Assembly (NCBI RefSeq): GCF_004296515.1
Contig: NZ_AP018160.1
Coordinates: forward strand, 180,001-212,000
Direction of reading: 5' to 3'
DNA from: Candidatus Saccharimonadota bacterium
GTDB lineage: Bacteria > Pseudomonadota > Gammaproteobacteria > Enterobacterales > Enterobacteriaceae
DNA: 32,000 nt
Shown piece by piece: positions 29,344 to 32,000 of the stretch. How positions within the stretch are numbered: position 1 is the stretch's first letter; every line of letters begins with the position of its first letter. Below the pieces are notes generated by a model. It was not told the DNA's origin, searched no databases, and was given only the letters and a program-made list of their open reading frames with translations. Position numbers and translations under genes: made by a program.

Positions 29344-29559
29344 ATGCGTATAATATTTACTTTATTATTTGTAATAACATCTATATTTTTAATTTTTTTT
29401 ATAACCTATTTTAATATAAATAATGAAAGATTAGAATTTAATTATTTAGATGATTTAAATATGGTTAATAGAAAATCTTTTGATTATTTAAATAATATTA
29501 TATCTTTTTTTTCATTATTATTTTTTATATTTAGTTTAATATTAAAATTTTATTATTAA
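29344..29559 (+). CDS. secG: Probable SecG translocon subunit, shortened
   Basis: 71 aa with two predicted TM helices. LNNIISFFSLLFFIFSLIL resembles E. coli MTRMTALLATLFFIISLVL. Its position between ftsH and tRNA-Leu(GAG) matches E. coli secG-leuU. Sequence identity is low, so synteny is the main evidence. Confidence 0.6.
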   Translation: MRIIFTLLFVITSIFLIFFITYFNINNERLEFNYLDDLNMVNRKSFDYLNNIISFFSLLFFIFSLILKFYY

Positions 29560-29567
29560 AATATTAT

Positions 29568-29647
29568 ACCGAGGTGGTGAAATTGGTAAACACGCTATTA
29601 TGAGATAATAGTGCTTATGCTTATGGGTTCAAATCCCTTCCTCGGTA
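29568..29647 (+). tRNA. leuU: tRNA-Leu (anticodon GAG)
   Basis: Acceptor ACCGAGG/CCUCGGU, anticodon arm CUAUU-AUGAGAU-AAUAG, a long variable arm, T loop UUCAAAU, discriminator A. It aligns with E. coli leuU. No CCA is encoded. Confidence 0.9.
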
Positions 29648-29657
29648 ATTTAAAAAA

Positions 29658-29686
29658 TTGTTTTTTTACATAAAATATAGTATATT
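29658..29686 (+). promoter_or_regulatory. Candidate promoter for metY-nusA-infB (TTGTTT-N17-TATATT)
   Basis: ttgttt at 29658-29663, a 17-nt spacer, then tatatt at 29681-29686, ending 5 nt before the first tRNA-fMet nucleotide. This is a motif match only. Confidence 0.3.
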
Positions 29687-29691
29687 ATTTA

Positions 29692-29765
29692 AGCGGAGTA
29701 GAGCAGTTTGGAAGCTCGTCGGGCTCATAACCCGAAGGTCGTTGGTTCGATTCCAACCTCCGCAA
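29692..29765 (+). tRNA. metY: Initiator tRNA-fMet (anticodon CAU)
   Basis: It is near-identical to E. coli tRNA-fMet through the anticodon arm (GCUCGUCGGGCUCAUAACCCGAAGGUC), which has the three consecutive G-C pairs. Positions 1 and 72 are unpaired (A1/A72). Discriminator A. No CCA is encoded. Confidence 0.93.
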
Positions 29766-29778
29766 CTTAAACTTAAAT

Positions 29779-29832
29779 ATATATAAAATTAAAATAATAT
29801 TATTATATTTATATTATTTTAATTTTATATAT
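29779..29832 (+). repeat. Perfect 22-bp inverted repeat (A/T only) with 10-nt loop; candidate RNA hairpin between tRNA-fMet and nusA
   Basis: Left arm atatataaaattaaaataatat (29779-29800) is the exact reverse complement of right arm atattattttaattttatatat (29811-29832). The loop is tattatattt and the repeat is followed by ttt. Checked base by base. Confidence 0.9.
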
Positions 29833-29870
29833 TTTATATTAATATTATTAAATTATTATAATAAATTGTA

Positions 29871-30872
29871 ATGAAAGATATTCTAAATATTGTTGAATAT
29901 TTATCTAATGATAAATTAATTAAAAAAGATAAAATTTTTGACATAATAGAATCAATTATTAAATTTTCTATAAAAAAAAAATTTAAAGATGATTTTAATA
30001 ATATTAAAATTATATTTGATAGAAAAATTGGATCATTAAAAATATTTAAAATAATAAAAAATAATAATATTACAAATGAAAAAAAAACATATATTAATAA
30101 ATTAAATACAGATTTTTTTTTAGAAGAAATAAAAGATATAGAATATAATAGAACTATAATACAATATGCTAAAAATTTTATATTTAAAAAAATAAATAAT
30201 TTAGAAAAATTAGAACTTTTTAATAAATATAAGAATTCTATGAATAAAGTATTTTTATGTATTGTAAAGAAAATATATAATAATAAGATATTATTACTTA
30301 TAGATAACAATATAGAAGGAATTATATTTAATAAAAATTTATTATATAATGATAATTTTAAGGTAAATGATAAATTTAAAGGAATTTTATACTTTATAAA
30401 AAGTACTAAATATAATATACAATTATTTATAAGTAGAATAGGTTCTACAATAATTAGAGAATTATTAAATAATGAAATTTTTGAATTAAATAATAATACT
30501 ATTACAATAGTTTCAATATCTAGAGAACCAGGAATAAAAACTAAAATAGCAGTAAAATCTAATAATAGAAATATAAATCCTATACATTTTCTTGTTATAA
30601 ATAAAAAATATGTATTAAAATTAATATCTAACGAATTTAATAAAGAATCAATAGATATAATTTTATGGAATTCAAATCTATTAGAATTTATAAAAAATTC
30701 TATATATCCTATAAATATAAAATCTATTTATTTTAATAAAAAAAATAATAATATAAATATATTAATAAATAAAAATGATATATTAAAAGTAATTGGTAAA
30801 AATGGTATAAATATTAAATTAATATCTTCTTTAGTAAATCATAGTATAAATATTTCTTATAATAAAAATTAG
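29871..30872 (+). CDS. nusA: Transcription termination/antitermination factor NusA, short form (NTD-S1-KH1-KH2, no AR1/AR2)
   Basis: 333 aa. [30 protein letters not shown] matches E. coli [72 protein letters not shown] and [13 protein letters not shown] (KH GxxG) are present. TAG stop. Confidence 0.92.
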   Translation: [333 protein letters not shown]

Positions 30873-30888
30873 ATACTATAAAATTTGT

Positions 30889-32000
30889 ATGAGTAAAATT
30901 ATAAATAATAATTTAATAGAAATAAATAAAAAAATAAATTTTACTAAATTAATAAGTAAACTTTCTTTAAAAGAAAAAGATATTAATTATATAAAAAGTA
31001 TATTTAATATAGATAATATTAAAATTATTAATATTGATTTATTAAAAAATATTTTAAATAAATTAAATTATATTATTATAGAAGAATTTAATGATAATAT
31101 AGATAAATTATATATTACATTAAAAAAAAATAATAATATTGATTATAGACCACCAATAATTACATTAATAGGACATGTAGATAGTGGTAAAACTTCTATA
31201 TTAGATTGTATAGAATTAAATAATTCTATTAATAATGAAGTTAGAGGAATAACTCAATATATAAGATCTTTTAAAGTTAATTATTCTGATAATAAAAATT
31301 TTATATTTATTGATACTCCAGGTCATGAATCATTTGTTAATATTAGAAATAATTGCATTAAAATTTCTGACATTATAATTTTAGTTATATCTGTTGATGA
31401 TATACTTAAAAATAATATTATAGATAAATTTATAAATGAAATTTTATATACAAATTTAACATTTAAATTAATAATTATTATAAATAAAATAGATAAAATA
31501 AATGATTTTAATAGTTTAAAATTTAAATTTGAAAATAATTATAATTCTATATTTAAAAATATTGATATAAATTATGATATTTTATATTTGTCAGCTAAAT
31601 ATAAAAAAAATATTGATTTATTAATTAACAATATTAAATCAAAATTTAATTATATTGATTTAAAATTTAGTAAAGAAAATATTGCATATGGTATAGTTAT
31701 TGAATCATATATTGATAAAAATATGGGACCTACAGCTAAAATAATAATAAAAGATGGTACAATAAATGTTGGTGATTTAATACTATTTGATTATTTTTTT
31801 TGTAAATTAAAATTAATAATAGATAATAATAATAAAATAAATAGTGCAAATCCTTTAAATATTGTTAAAATTTTCGGTTTGCCTACCTTATCTAAAATAG
31901 GTGAAAAAATAATTATATTAAATGATATAAAAAAAATAAAAAATATAATTTCATATAGAAATATCATTAAAAATAAAAATAATTTATATATTAATAAATA
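30889..32000 (+). CDS. infB: Translation initiation factor IF-2, N-terminal about 370 aa (runs off window end)
   Basis: The frame is open from the ATG at 30889 to the window end (my translation). RPPIITLIGHVDSGKTSILD (G1 at residues about 95-102), DTPGHESF (G3) and NKIDK (G4) are present. It is downstream of nusA, as in E. coli. It is absent from the ORF track because it has no stop within the window. Confidence 0.9.
   Translation, partial: MSKIINNNLIEINKKINFTKLISKLSLKEKDINYIKSIFNIDNIKIINIDLLKNILNKLNYIIIEEFNDNIDKLYITLKKNNNIDYRPPIITLIGHVDSGKTSILDCIELNNSINNEVRGITQYIRSFKVNYSDNKNFIFIDTPGHESFVNIRNNCIKISDIIILVISVDDILKNNIIDKFINEILYTNLTFKLIIIINKIDKINDFNSLKFKFENNYNSIFKNIDINYDILYLSAKYKKNIDLLINNIKSKFNYIDLKFSKENIAYGIVIESYIDKNMGPTAKIIIKDGTINVGDLILFDYFFCKLKLIIDNNNKINSANPLNIVKIFGLPTLSKIGEKIIILNDIKKIKNIISYRNIIKNKNNLYINK

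Noticed and set aside
29834-30310. 158-aa ORF on the minus strand starting in the tRNA-fMet/nusA spacer region
   Set aside because: It is antisense to nusA, whose N-terminus aligns clearly to E. coli NusA. I also considered whether it could be a rimP remnant, but it is on the wrong strand and has no RimP similarity.
1-32000. Search for a replication origin or DnaA boxes (TTATCCACA), rRNA, tmRNA or other GC-rich RNA islands
   Set aside because: I found no DnaA-box match by eye. The only GC-rich islands are the five tRNAs and rnpB. Nothing else stands out from the coding background.

Overview
This window looks like core chromosome from an extremely reduced, extremely AT-rich gammaproteobacterial (Enterobacterales-derived) insect-endosymbiont-type genome. 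The lineage cannot be named from sequence alone. I can support 41 protein genes: 39 complete, plus a partial degQ-like gene at the 5' edge and a partial infB at the 3' edge. There are also 5 tRNAs and RNase P RNA. Almost every gene has a recognisable E. coli housekeeping ortholog: ribosomal proteins, four aminoacyl-tRNA synthetases (aaRS), replication clamp-loader subunits, rRNA/tRNA modification enzymes, the proteases FtsH/HslUV/DegQ, PBP2-RodA and chorismate synthase. Gene order is a patchwork of E. coli synteny blocks from which individual genes have been cleanly deleted. The longest block runs rplU-rpmA-obgE-greA-rlmE-ftsH-secG-leuU-metY-nusA-infB. Spacers are tiny and almost free of G/C. 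Several genes overlap or abut, and proteins are strongly biased toward N/I/K. I found no mobile element, CRISPR array, toxin-antitoxin, restriction or other defence-type locus, no pseudogene, and no ORF without a housekeeping explanation, so I do not claim a novel system here. The observations worth a second look are signs of reductive evolution. They include a LeuRS whose editing domain appears erased, a degenerate G3/switch II in Obg, and a gamma-only DnaX. They also include a perfect 22-bp A/T hairpin where E. coli has the metY-rimP processing/terminator region, a cysS-tRNA antisense overlap, tRNA genes without encoded CCA, and an initiator tRNA with an A1:A72 mismatch.
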